Positions 39,764-52,071 of a stretch of 64,000 nt of DNA are shown here, one piece after another (position 1 is the first letter of the stretch; every line of letters starts with the position of its first letter). Both the position numbers and the translations under genes were made by a program. The notes under the pieces were generated by a model that did no database searches, was not told where the DNA came from, and worked only from the letters and a program-made list of their open reading frames with translations. Origin of the DNA: Psilocybe cubensis. Taxonomy: Eukaryota. The DNA lies in assembly GCA_017499595.2 (NCBI GenBank), contig CM038998.1, forward strand, positions 372,001 through 436,000, read 5' to 3'.

Positions 39764-42355
39764 CAGTGGATAAGCTAAGGGAGAAGGTCAGCTTCAGATG
39801 CTGTACTTATACTTCTGGAACGATAGGTGTAAGTGTGTGTGTGAATGTAGGAAGTTAAAAGAAACCCAGTTGACTCACGCTGGTATAGGTTCGTGACTGG
39901 GTACTACCGACCGATGGGAGTCATATTATAGCACCACGAGGTCTGAGACGAAGTATAGGACACTCACCGTGCCTTCGAGGTGAGATGTTTTGACCCATAA
40001 TGAATAGTATTGACTCACAGGAAATTAATCAACCAATTGTGTCCCTGCGAAATTCAATGAGGACCATGAATCTCGAAGTTAAACAGGAGTTTCCGATGCA
40101 AGAACTACAGTTTGGAAAATCATACATATTAAAGCACGAACATTGGTGGAAACGCACGGAACTTCAATCATTACCGTCTGGTGGGTAGCGCTGGATGTAA
40201 GCTGTGCTTTCATTCACATGTGACACTCTTCCGTGCGGCGGGACGGCTGTGGCTTTAACCTTCAATTGAAGCTTATAGTATCCATGTATTTACACGTTCT
40301 TTATTGGACCAAGACTAATAATGATAAAGAAAGAGATAGAGAGCAGCTACCCTTAAACAGAAAGTGGGACCCAAAACAACTAAATGATAAATGAACGGCC
40401 TGAAACGGCGCATCGCCATCAGGTTGCTGCCGACCGTGGGTGGGCGCTCCGTGGTCTAAATTTAGACTAGCCGTTGGGGTCGAACTTGAATTGGACAAGA
40501 GGTTCCTTGGACCTGTTTTCTACATTTGGATTCTACCCATCTATTCGAAGATTCACATGGATAACAGAACATATTTTATGCTTTAATTTTCTCCAGTAAT
40601 CATTATTGGAGCTATAGGGGTGTGGAGCGGCGGCAAACCTAGTATTAGGAGTAGATGATTCGGATATCTGATTTTATATTTGCGTTGAAGGTAAATGACC
40701 CTATTTTATTTCTAATATACGTTAAACAATCTAGATCTTTTTTCAATCACCAGGCTATCTCTTCCAATGCCAACGGTCAACATCATTGTGGTGATTGCAC
40801 ATTTGTAACGACAAACTGGACCCCATACCATTGGTGTATATCACGAAACTATCAGATATCAATTAGTGATGTAATGATACTCAAGCTTTTCAATGTAGAT
40901 TCTACCCAGATCGCTAAGACATCTCAGAGTAATTGATTTTGCAGAATGTAACGGACCTGATGGCCATTAAGCGCCGACAAGAAACTATATAGGAGATCAT
41001 TATTGCAACATTGAAGATGCTCTGTACAACTACAGAGGCGCCAATCAAGAGCGAGAATGGAAGTACATTTCAGTTTCTCTCTGAATACCAATTACAATGT
41101 ATGTACTGATATAATTGCATAGTAATTAACCCAGACTGTGTGAGCCGAGTTGTCCGAGCTGATTTGCCTCCATCGGTGCTCTGAGGGTACCTATCCAAAG
41201 AGATTAGATACCTTTATAAGAACACTCTGATTTGATATCCACGACCCCGATTGCCCATGACAAACTCATTACGCCTCTTTAGAAGCTTTTCTTCGGTGGA
41301 ACACTCAAGGTTATATTTAGACCAAACTGTGTGATTCCGAAAGACCTCGTGTCCTTGAGCGAGCGCCTGTGATTAGCCACAAATTTCATCAATCAGGTGT
41401 CTTGTAGTACACGTTTAACAACGTGTTTTTGCTGCGTAATAAAACCTGCGTCCAGATCAATATGGATTGACCGCAAGTCAATTGCACCTGTTTCATTAGG
41501 TACTATATGAGGAGAGGGACAGACCCAGGGAAGCTGCGCCGATGCCCAGAACTCCTGAACGAGGTTACCACGCAGCACACAGGCGCATAAACAGCATTGC
41601 TAGTGAATACGGTGAGTCAATGGATCCCTCAAGGCCCGTTACCCATAGAATCCTTCAAAGGAATGTGAATTGAACAAGTCTATTTAGCAAACTATTGACA
41701 GAATAAGGATATGGAACATGCATGTACATTGGCGATGAAAGGTAAAGGAGACAAATATAGTACTACAACTGTGAAAAATGCAACCGATAATGGCGATGGG
41801 TATATTATCTATTCTACATGCAAAAAAATGGATTCCGAGAGGAGTATGCCTTAAAAGTTCATCCGTACAAAAATATCCAGAATTTGTCGGAGTTAAATAT
41901 GAGTATTGCGTTATCGGGGAGGGGATTTCAGTGCAAAAGGAAATGGTCGTCAAAGCAGATACGAAAGAATGAATCGTTATATAACCAAGATATCCATATA
42001 CGGTTCGCAATCCATGTGTTTGGATGTACAGTTTCTTTAGTCGCACACACGCAACGTAAGAAGGGGGTACCTGTAGAATGAAGAGAAGCGATGAACATAA
42101 GATGCAGACAAAAAATTTTTGTAAGAAAACTCACAAGGACCAAGAAAGCATGAGAAAGCAGCGATAGACAATAAAGGAAAGTTCAGGAAATGTGAAGTCA
42201 ATGGAATGCGATGCGATGCGAAAGCGAGCAGTCAGGGGGAAAGTCGTAAGGTGTCATCGAGACAGTATTCGTTAGAGGTCGTGTCGTGAAATGATGCAGA
42301 GTAAATACGTGGAGAAGAGTAGAAGAATGGAAGAGGAAGACCATCGAAGCAGAAC

Positions 42356-43012
42356 TTATGCGGACTGTCCTACAATGTTACCGTGTATATCGAACTGGGG
42401 GCAGGGCAGATGGTTTTCGACGAGCATGCCTACCAGCATCATTGCCCGTTCTCTCCAGATATCCCTCTCTCGGTTTAGTCGGTTGACGTCGTCTTCCAGC
42501 CGTCTGAGAATCTCCGCCTTTCGTTTGCGGCTGCGACGTGCAGCAAGCGTATTTAATTTTTTCTTGTACTCTTTACGCTCAGCCGCAGTTGCATTCTCGG
42601 AGAGTGGCTCGAGCTCCTCTTCTTCGTCAAACTCATCTTCTTCATCTGATGTGGCAGGGCGACGTCGGTGTCGGACGTGTCGTGGAGGAACCACAGTGCG
42701 GTAAGGTGTTACTGTGTTCTGCCGACGCGCTAGAGGTGCCGATGGTCGCTGAACAACGTGACCCTCTGGGTTGATTCTACGAAAGTTGTACCCTTGGGAT
42801 TCATTATAGTCCATCGGATAGTCTGTCCCAGTGAGTGATGACGACCCAGATTCGGCAGAAATGGACCGAGAATGGTGAGCCATGCCTGATGGTCCTGAAA
42901 CTACTCCGAATTGAGGGGCCTCCAGCTTTGAACTTGGCATATCAAAGATTGTCGTAAGTGAAGCTAGCGCCTCTAATTCTTGCATCTCTTGCTTTGTGAT
43001 TGGGGTCTGCAT
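42356..43012 (-). CDS. bZIP transcription factor (Gcn4/Cpc1-like basic region), intronless
   Basis: ERKEYKKKLNTLAARRSRKRKAEILRRLEDDVNRLNRERDIW: N-x7-R basic motif and a leucine zipper, preceded by an acidic patch. The frame stays open upstream to ATG 43291. Confidence 0.88.
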   Translation of the reverse strand: MQTPITKQEMQELEALASLTTIFDMPSSKLEAPQFGVVSGPSGMAHHSRSISAESGSSSLTGTDYPMDYNESQGYNFRRINPEGHVVQRPSAPLARRQNTVTPYRTVVPPRHVRHRRRPATSDEEDEFDEEEELEPLSENATAAERKEYKKKLNTLAARRSRKRKAEILRRLEDDVNRLNRERDIWRERAMMLVGMLVENHLPCPQFDIHGNIVGQSA

Positions 43013-45814
43013 TGCGACTTGACGTGCCAGTGTAGGTGGTGATGATTGTGTGTGGGGTGTTGTGTGTAGAATTTGACTTTGTTGCGGCACGGTTGAGTCA
43101 GAGTTAGAGATAGTGCTGGGCCAGAAGGTTAATTGGTTATATGTTGTCGAGAGTATCGTGTTAGACGCGTCGAAAGACAGGTTGAAAGTGGAATGAGTAC
43201 TGTGAGTAAGGAAGAGTAAATATGAGTGGCACCCAGATTTAAGTATGGTGAAGCTACCGCCTTGCTGTGCGTCGATTATAATTAACTCCATTCATTATGG
43301 CATCCCGACGCATCCAGTGAAGTTTCCCGCGCCGTGTCATATTGAGTCACACAGCATCAGGAGACTCAGGTACCGACGATGAGGCCGATCGTGTCCAGCA
43401 GTGGTCCATTCGCCACCGAATCCGTCTCCTAACTTTCCGCAATCGATCATCCGCACACCTTTGGGTACTCCACAACCGTTTGAAGATAAAATCAAGCTGC
43501 TGTTGTTGCAAGGTGGGACTGGAAGTATAACATGTACCATACATCCCACGTGGGAACTCCCAAAATCAAAGCTGTTGCTTTAGGTCACGTTCTTAGACAG
43601 TCGCTGTCGTCGTCAAGGGCGTATGGGTAGAGGGTACACGTCGGGTATCTGTCGCTGTCCACTGTACAACATACTGAGCTGGCAGCTTCATGAAGATACA
43701 GCTTCCCAAGTCCATTGTGAGGCACTGTTCACTCGCCAGTGTTCGCGTAGGGCTCAAGCTCATTTCGGCGGTGAGCAACGGGCAAAGGCTGCTGACCCTG
43801 GTCTTTCGGCCCGTGCTTTGGGCGCCGTCTCCGTAGCCGGATGCACAGCCTCAAGTAGGCGCGCGGCGCCTGATGCGCCACTTCTTATTTTGGTAAGAGG
43901 CGGCACAAGTTGCACAAGTTGTGGACATGTTGGTTCTATCCCATGAACTGGAGATAGGGTAGTTTTTTACATGCTATACATTGTACTTACCTTTGACAAG
44001 GACTTTTCACTGGATTTGTATTTCTTCAAGCTATTGTACCTCATCCAAAATAGCCAACGAATCTCGATTCGGGTGTTCTGCGGAGACCATAAATCTGCCA
44101 TCCTTATATGCAGCATATCGTATAAGATATAGTTTAGTAATATGAATAGGCTGATTAGAATATTTTTGGTGTAAATTATTTCGTTGAAAATAACATACAA
44201 ACCGCTAAATGCACAGCACATTAGTAGAACACCTTGATTATGGGTTGAATATCAATTGTGTACGGCGAAGTCGGATAAAGATACAGTATGATAAACTTCT
44301 AGTACTTCCATTAGATCATTCCTTTCCATTTAAGGTCTGTCCATGCGGATGTTTGTAAGTACAAGAGTCATATACGTGGAAGGAGTTGACAAACCACTTA
44401 TCTTGTCCTTTGTTTTCCCGAGGATAACCTGATCCTTCACAAAAATGGAGGTAGCCTCTAGATGTGGCTGCGCTACCTCTACAGCATCTGTTATTGAGCC
44501 CAAAAAGAGTATTTGGAATAGAGAGCGCTCGGTTGCGAAAATAAAGGTTCCTGCGCGGTTGTGACTTGATTAATTGCTTGGGCACTGCGCCTGAGCTTAC
44601 AGTTGAAAGCTACATTTGAGAATTGACATGGGCGCGGCACCGAAAGTCCTCCCCTTCCGCTCGACATAGAAGACATACATCTACATAACTTTTTTCTTAT
44701 CTTTGAACAAAGACTGAGGTCACACGCCTCTGACAATGCATGTAAATGGGATGTCTTACTGAGGCAGTGTTTATTCCGCATGCAGATGAAGGAAATAGCA
44801 GTTGTAAAGAGGTTTGGAGAGCGTTAAACCTTTCGACGATATTTTCATTATCGGGTATGAGCTGTGGGCCTTGTTGCTGGGGACAATGCATGTTTAATTT
44901 GTGAGGTCATGATCCACGATGCTGTTCAGCGACAGCGACGGGTCACGTCGAACAGAAGATAATTGATGGATTGATGCGTGCCTGCTTGATGTCACGTCGA
45001 TATGTTGGCCGAATGTAACTCCGAACTTGCCCTTACCCAGGCCATCTGATGGCTCCACATCATCCAGCGCTCGCCAAAACAAGGCTGTACTCAGTCCTGA
45101 ATTATTTCCCAACGACCCTATATTTCAACCACAAATCTACCTATCCCTTTTCATCAACTCCCAGAAGAAGGGACCAAATTTCTAATACTAATAGTAATAC
45201 CGATATCAGGGATGCACATAGCAGATACATAAGGTATGAAGCCTGATGTGACTGAAAGCCACCTGGACCATTCCAAAGTTCTGTTCATGTTATCAAGGAA
45301 TGACGATGAAAAAAATGCCGTCTGTGTTGTAAAACCTTTGGCCATGTATGCCATGTAAGCATCAATATAAGAGGAATTTGTGGGTGGTATTCGAGCCTTT
45401 TCTCTTGTGTCCGTAATACAGCGAAGAACTGGGCAGCTCCTACAGCAAATCAGGAGTAGTAGTATGTGGTGGACTGATAAAATGAGGATGTTCCTCGCCA
45501 GTGGCGACTCCGATTAATGGGAATGGTGCGAATCCGCATTATTTATGACATGAATTGTCAATTTATGAGACAGCTTTCTTAGCACCTTGTGGGTGGTATA
45601 TTGCAAGCATATTGAACTATTTTTCAGGACCGACCTTTGCAAATTTTGAGGAGGAGAACATGGTGGGTCGAGGTGAGCCCAGAAGGTTTCAATTTAGACG
45701 TCGTTGACTGGCCAGCGATCACGCTGTTGATGGCCATTGCGGGAATTTCCGGTCAACCCGAACGAACCCATTTTCGCTTGCAACCCCCTCTCCCTCATCG
45801 TCACCCACCCGATA

Positions 45815-46283
45815 ATGCGCTCCCAAATCGTCTCCACCGTCCTCCGCACCGCCGCTCGCCCTTCTCTCGCCACCAGGAGTGCGCGTCCTACCGCCTTCGC
45901 TCTTCGTGCTGCCAGTGGTCACGCCCAGGAGTCCTTTGAGTCGTTCTCGGAACGCTACGTCGAGTTTTTCAAAAATGCGGAAGACCTTTTCGAGGTCCAG
46001 CGTGGACTCAACAACTGCTTCGCCCACGATCTCGTTCCATCTCCCGCCGTCGTTGAGGCCGCTGTCCGCGCTGCCCGACGTGTGAACGACTACGCGACCG
46101 CTATTCGCGTCTTTGAGGGTGTTAAGGAGAAGGTTGAAAACAAGTCGCAGTATGAGGCTTACGTCCAGGAGCTGAAACCTTTGCGAGAGGAGCTCGGTAT
46201 GTCTACTTTTAACTGTTTATGCCCTTTCTAGACCTAATCTTTTTGCAGGTCTCGTGTTGAAGGAGGAGTTGTACTCTTCATAA
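45815..46283 (+). CDS. COX6: Cytochrome c oxidase subunit VI (COX5A/Va family)
   Basis: Mitochondrial presequence, then ESFESFSERYVEFF...FEVQRGLNNCFAHDLVPSP.VVEAAVRAARRVNDYATAIRVFEGVKEKVEN...LREELG. Intron 46197-46248; last exon GLVLKEELYSS-TAA. Confidence 0.97.
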
Positions 46284-48038
46284 AAGATTTTTTCTGCACC
46301 GTTTAGGTATTTCGTATCTACATACCCCTTACCGCCGCATATTGACTTTTTACAGATAGATAGAGCGAAAGAATAATCATTTATGCCTACTCTGTTACTT
46401 TATACGGCCATGGAGGTGCCATGCAAACATTCTTTTCCCTTATCGAATCCAAGTTCCCTCAATTTTTTCGCATTTCGGAGGCAAGCTAGCTCAACTAATC
46501 ATCCGAGTGGCGGCAAGCGACTTATAACGCGCATATATGTACTTGGAGGCACCCGTATATTCATCCAGTTCAGAGTCGAGGCCCGTTGTCCGATATGCCA
46601 CGGCAGCTCCAAATATGGATGCGCGGCATTTTCCTTTTCTGCATTTCGCAATTTCATATGTTGTCAACTGAAGTGTTTACAGCCCAATGAATCTACCATG
46701 TGCCCCGCCTTTCAGGGAAATATGTTCGTCAAATGTATTACCATGTTGTCTACGGCAGCATCAAGGTCTGTCTATCACTTTCTGTATGTTCGTATATGCG
46801 CCTAGTTTATCTCGAACGAGTTTGTATTGTTGGATATAATCCGAAAACTTCTAGGTTTTGGCAAGTTATGATTCTCTTAATATGTGTAGATTGTAACCAA
46901 TCGCTTTATGGCTAAAACTTTGCTCAAGACCACTGGCGGAACTGTTATTCCTTGACCAACTGGACACTGGTGCTCCTGGATACCTCTACACGATACCTCG
47001 ACGCGACTGCTCCTTGCGACTATCTGCACCTTTGATCACCTTTGTGACACAGATAAGACTCTTCTGTTGCTCTGGTGACCACATCTTTATCGTCGATGCA
47101 TCCATCGTTCTTGGGTGCTAAAGGCTTTGACCGTTTTGTTATCTGTGCCCTGAACGTTGAACTCTCTGAATTCGTTACCGGATGCCTCACGGTCACGACC
47201 ACCACATATACAACACTGCACGAAGAATGAATCGCCAATTTCAGCGACAGAAGAACCTCACCGCATCTCACTTATTCCTATCGTAGAATGTGTCTATCTG
47301 GCTGTGGATGCAGATTCTCGTCTGTTCTCGGATTTACGACGACAAACTCGGTCGTGCGGCGTCGTAAAAATGGAGCTACCCAGCACGTCAGGCCATAATT
47401 GTTAGATGCGTGTTCCAGGTATATTCTAGCCCATAATTCATAGACCTAAAACAGTCTACATAAACGACATTACGTCTCAGCAATAAGCAGTCCAGACTTC
47501 AAAAGACAAGTACCGTTTTACCGGTCATCTGATTTTTTCACCTTGTTGACCTTGCTTACAACTACAATCACTTCTCAGACTTTATTCAATTCTCCAGGTT
47601 CGAGGAGCCAAATCTGTAGGGTTTGTTTATATTTGTTACCATCCAATTCAACGCAGTGTCCCATTTACACTCTACCATCGGATGTAATACCTAGCTGAGT
47701 CTGGTTTCTAACGCTTCGTTGAGGTGATAAACAGTCTCTAATGATTCGATCCAGCCCTTGAGCCATAGACAAACATGCAGAAGCTGAATCTGCAAGTTTT
47801 CTTTTTGTTCTGTTGCCCTTTCAATTCAGCGCACGGTTCCGTTTATACTTGGCCGTTGGGTGTAATATTTGGCGAAGTCTCTGCCTTTCTAAAATTTTGT
47901 CGAGGTATGGAACAGTCCCTAAACCTTTGATCTAGCCATGCCTTGATGCCTCTGGATTAATATTGTGTTTGGCCCGGTAGAGGTGAGACGATTCTGTTCG
48001 ATTTTTGTCTACCTGGATGGATTTGGCTGACCCAGCAA

Positions 48039-48045
48039 TATATAA
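48039..48045 (+). promoter_or_regulatory. TATA box of family copy C
   Basis: TATATAA 102 bp upstream of ATG 48141. Confidence 0.55.
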
Positions 48046-48140
48046 GGTCATCTTTTTTTCAAACGACGTTCGGTTTTTTAATTCTCAAATAGCTCCAACT
48101 ATAAAGTCGTGTCGCAAGCTTTAAACCTCTCTCTTCAAGG

Positions 48141-51010
48141 ATGCTGCATAAACAGGCCCACAGTTTGATCTTTCGCAACTGTAAGTTGATTAAGGATCAA
48201 AGAACGTTTATTCGCTGATCGCTATTCAGTTTTAACGACCGATTATACGTCCACTAAGGCGACGGCCTTTGTGAGTATCAACCTTCACAACGTATACTGC
48301 AAATTTCAATTGGTGGCAATTATATATCCCTGCAGACTCCAGATATCATTCCTCAGTTTGGTAACACCGTCGATCCGGCCCTTTTGATCGACGAATACGA
48401 CCAGTTTATCGGTCTTCCTGTTCAACCAAGCGAAAGAAACAATATTTACGTTCGAGGAAAAACGACATCGAATGTGGTGCCGGGATCTAAAACTGCTATC
48501 GTTCTCCGTGCCGTACCGAGCGAACTCATTTTATGGCCTCAAGCGTGGAACAAGGTGACACCGACTGGTCCAGGACCCTTGGTTATTGATTCTTCTATTC
48601 CCAACAAAGGTAATGGTTCAAATTGTTGGAAAGTATAGCATTACTAACCGCTGTTGCTAGTTGTTACGTTAAGCACGCCTTTCCAATTTTCACCGTCCAA
48701 CCTGTGTGGTTTCAACTTTGCGTTGATTGCTACACAAACCCCACTCCCTGAAACCAAACGAAACACTCGTCTGAGAGACACATTGCCTCCTCCTCCTCCT
48801 GACGCTAAAAATTGGAGAGAACTCGTCAACTTCTTCAACACCGACACTTCGACAGTTTATTATAACGTATGATGACATGCTTTTTGTTAGGAGAATGACA
48901 ACTAATCTAAATGATAGGTCGTCGTCGCAGATCCAAATGCTCCTGTCATCAGTGTTTCTACGCGTCTCCGTGTTGTTGACAATGGTTCAGACCCACTCAA
49001 CTTCAGAATTACCATTGAGGTATTTGCTTCATATCATATGGTTAAGACGAAACATTAACGTAAATGTCACTTTGTAGACCTCGATAATGCCGGAGGGAAC
49101 CTTTGTATCTCTCTCTTCCTCGACTGGTCTGATCAGCCTTCAAAAGACTCGTCTTGCAGACGACATTGGTGTCCGGGTTAAGTTGGCGCCGGGATTTGAC
49201 GACATTATTACTCTTTGTATCTTTCCTGACCCTAAAGGCATCATCGAAACCTTCGCCTGGGTATCACTCCAAGCTAGTATTATTCCACCTCAGACAGTAA
49301 ATTCTGGAGCCACCCCAATCAGCAAAGTCGTCTTACTTGGTGCTCTGAATATCATTTTCCACGACGACGCTGCCACGAACTTGAAACATGCAAGTCCTGC
49401 GGCAAATCAACTAAAGAAGCTGGTTGAGACGGTAAACATGGGGGAAAGGAGCGAGGTTCCTCATGCCCAAGCGGGTACCATTACTTCTCAGAGTACTAAC
49501 GTAACCGGTGCTGCAAATGGATGGTGGTTCCGTGATGCTATAGGCGATCATAACCTCTTTCCGAGGACGGCCAGCCTGTGTCATTCACCTGGTATGGGTG
49601 TACTTAATCTTCTGGAAGTATATTTCTGATCCGCTGCTCCGCAGATATTCAACCTGTAGGTATAACACCCAGGTCCGACTCTCAGCAAATTCTAGGCGGG
49701 TCAAATGCGAATACGGATTGGACCGATGCGAATCGTGTGGTTATTCAACAAGGCGCGCCGAACTACATATACGTTCGTGGAAATTGCACATTGGGTAGTG
49801 ACTATCCCGTTCAAATGCGACTCTTCTGTGTCCCAAGCGCTTTACTCCTTTACCCGCCTATGTATTCGCAATTCTCGGTCACTGACGCTGATGACCACAG
49901 TAATCCGTTTGTTGCCATTCGAAACATCACATCTACTTCTTACAATAGTTTCAATGTGGTGGACACGGCGTTCGACCTCTTAAACCCTCAGCGTCCACCA
50001 TCAGGAAGTGATCACTACTGTCTAATTGCCGAGACTCGCAGTCCGACTACCGAGAACCCCGACCCGGATTGGCCACACGAAGACACAGGCTCATTTAGCT
50101 CAGGTATTTAAATATCTGTGTCTGATAAATCGATTCAAGCCAATTGACCTTTGCTTCATTAGGCGCTGGATTCAACACATGGATAGGTAGCACCCCTACC
50201 GTCTGTTGGAGAAATGTTGGTTACAAGACTGGTGGTGCCCAAGTTATATGTTCTACCAATGTCACAATTCCAGCTGGACTATATTCGTCATCTACTCAGT
50301 GGACATTGGAAGTCGATGCCGACAACGCCCCTGTCGGTTCCGCTTGTGCGTATACATCCTATTCGAGACTTATAATGAAGCATTTACAAATTGACCTCTG
50401 CAGGGTCGTTGACTGGAAATGGCCCTTCAATTCCAGGTGTCAACATCGGATTTGCTCAAACAACAATTACGGCCCCAAACATGGTCTGCGTGCATTCTAG
50501 CTTTGGATTTATATTGGCGGACTAAAGGGACAATTCTAGGTTGAAGGATGCCACTTTACTGGGCTTCCCGCTACCGGATACTCATTCTCAGTCGTCCTTC
50601 AATGGTTTTCCAATGGCAAAACTCCCGGAAATAATATGAAATTCTCTTTCCTTTTGTATACAACACAACGAACCACAAGGTAGGCTTCTTCATGACTACT
50701 TGCATATCTCGTGAAACTTACACTATCTCAACGTACTAGCGCAAACGGTAAATTGATGAAAACTACCACCGCTAGGACCCACCGCCAAGAAGCAGCTGAT
50801 TGGCCATTTACGGTCGGTATACATCATCCAGGAGTCGAGGACAAAGGCGACGGCAACAAGAAGCACATAGGATATCTCGGTCACCGCTTCAAGAAGGTCG
50901 GACGCAACCCTTGGCCTCATGCGAAGGTGGACAAGGTGACTAAGTTGAAATCCGTCTCACCTGTTCCCGTCTATGCTATTGGTTCGGACCACTGGAACGT
51001 GAAATTCTGA
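48141..51010 (+). CDS. Uncharacterised tandem-domain protein family, copy C (11 exons)
   Basis: MLHKQAHSLIFRNF|LTTDYTSTKATAF|TPDIIPQFGN... with equivalent intron positions to copy A and an open frame through DHWNVKF-TGA. Confidence 0.9.
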
Positions 51011-51594
51011 TAATATACGCAAATCTCTAAAACTCGTTCTTTGTATTTTACTTCGTTCCCTTTCATCACAACTAACAAAAAAAATCTTGTATTGATCGTT
51101 TTAGGGCCATTTATAAATAAACCTACCTTTGATATAATACCCGTTTGAAGATGCGTCGAAAGTGACAGATCGAGCACGATTAAGTAGTACTAAATGGTAA
51201 CTCTGTGAAAGGAAGGAAGGAGGAATGTGTCGTGACAAGGTACACTGGTCTCTCGAGTGAAGATTGCACCTATCTAGTAGCCTGTCGTATATGCGGCTTT
51301 CTAGATTTTCATTTACGAGGTCCTACCAGACCAAATCAATCAATCTTCATACATACACGAATCATCTACTCTGTCCAAAACGACAGTGGCATATGAGTGA
51401 AGCCTTTCCCGCACAGTTTCCTCACTTGGTAGAAGCCAGAGATTGCACTAGATGAAACCACGGACGCATGTGCAGCTGTAAAAATTACGGTGCTGTCGTC
51501 TTTAAGCGACTTCGGGAGCTTGTGGACCTTCAGAATTGAAATACAACCCGACTAGTCGGTCGTATTTGGGGTTTACCGATCATGGGGGTGGGTA

Positions 51595-51824
51595 TGTTAT
51601 CTGCCAGTTATCTGCCCGGAAGATTCCGAGAGGACATAGTTTCGCTCTTTACTCGACAACTCCACGGTTTTAGACTGTGAAAGTTGACATTGACGTTGTT
51701 TATAGGCAATAAAAGACTAATATCACTTCAGATTTATAAATGAGTGAGTGAGTGAGCTCAGAAACATGAATATGTTATCTGCCACAGCCAATGTTATCTG
51801 CCACTCCCCTATTGTTATCTGCCA
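51595..51824 (+). repeat. Five subterminal (T)GTTATCTGCC(A) direct repeats
   Basis: Copies start at 51595, 51607, 51773, 51792 and 51813, beginning immediately inside the left TIR. Confidence 0.85.
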
Positions 51825-52071
51825 GCACACCATTTTCAGTCCATTAGCTAATGCATTCTAAATTCCCAACTCTGTTATGGTACCAAAATCGTAACTGGTT
51901 GCGACGAACAAACGACAAAACTTGATAACTCTTGCACTACATTCAATATCCAACATTTGCTCTGTGTAGCATTGAGCCAGAAGTACAGGTATGTCCTTTC
52001 AATCAGCCTGGAGCGTAGAACAAGTTTATTTATCCATTTGTTTATGTACTATTAAACTTGCAGCAACTTGA

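Noticed and set aside
40650-42150. Scattered ORFs and splice-like signals
   Set aside because: No open spliced frame or domain could be assembled; may be a decayed gene or the bZIP 3' region.
43580-44300. GC-rich to AT-rich transition suggesting a transposon relic
   Set aside because: No TIR, TSD or transposase motif found.
51595-51824. Short direct repeats as a possible CRISPR array
   Set aside because: Repeats of 10-12 bp with 0-9 bp or irregular spacers, eukaryotic context and no cas genes; better explained as transposon subterminal repeats.
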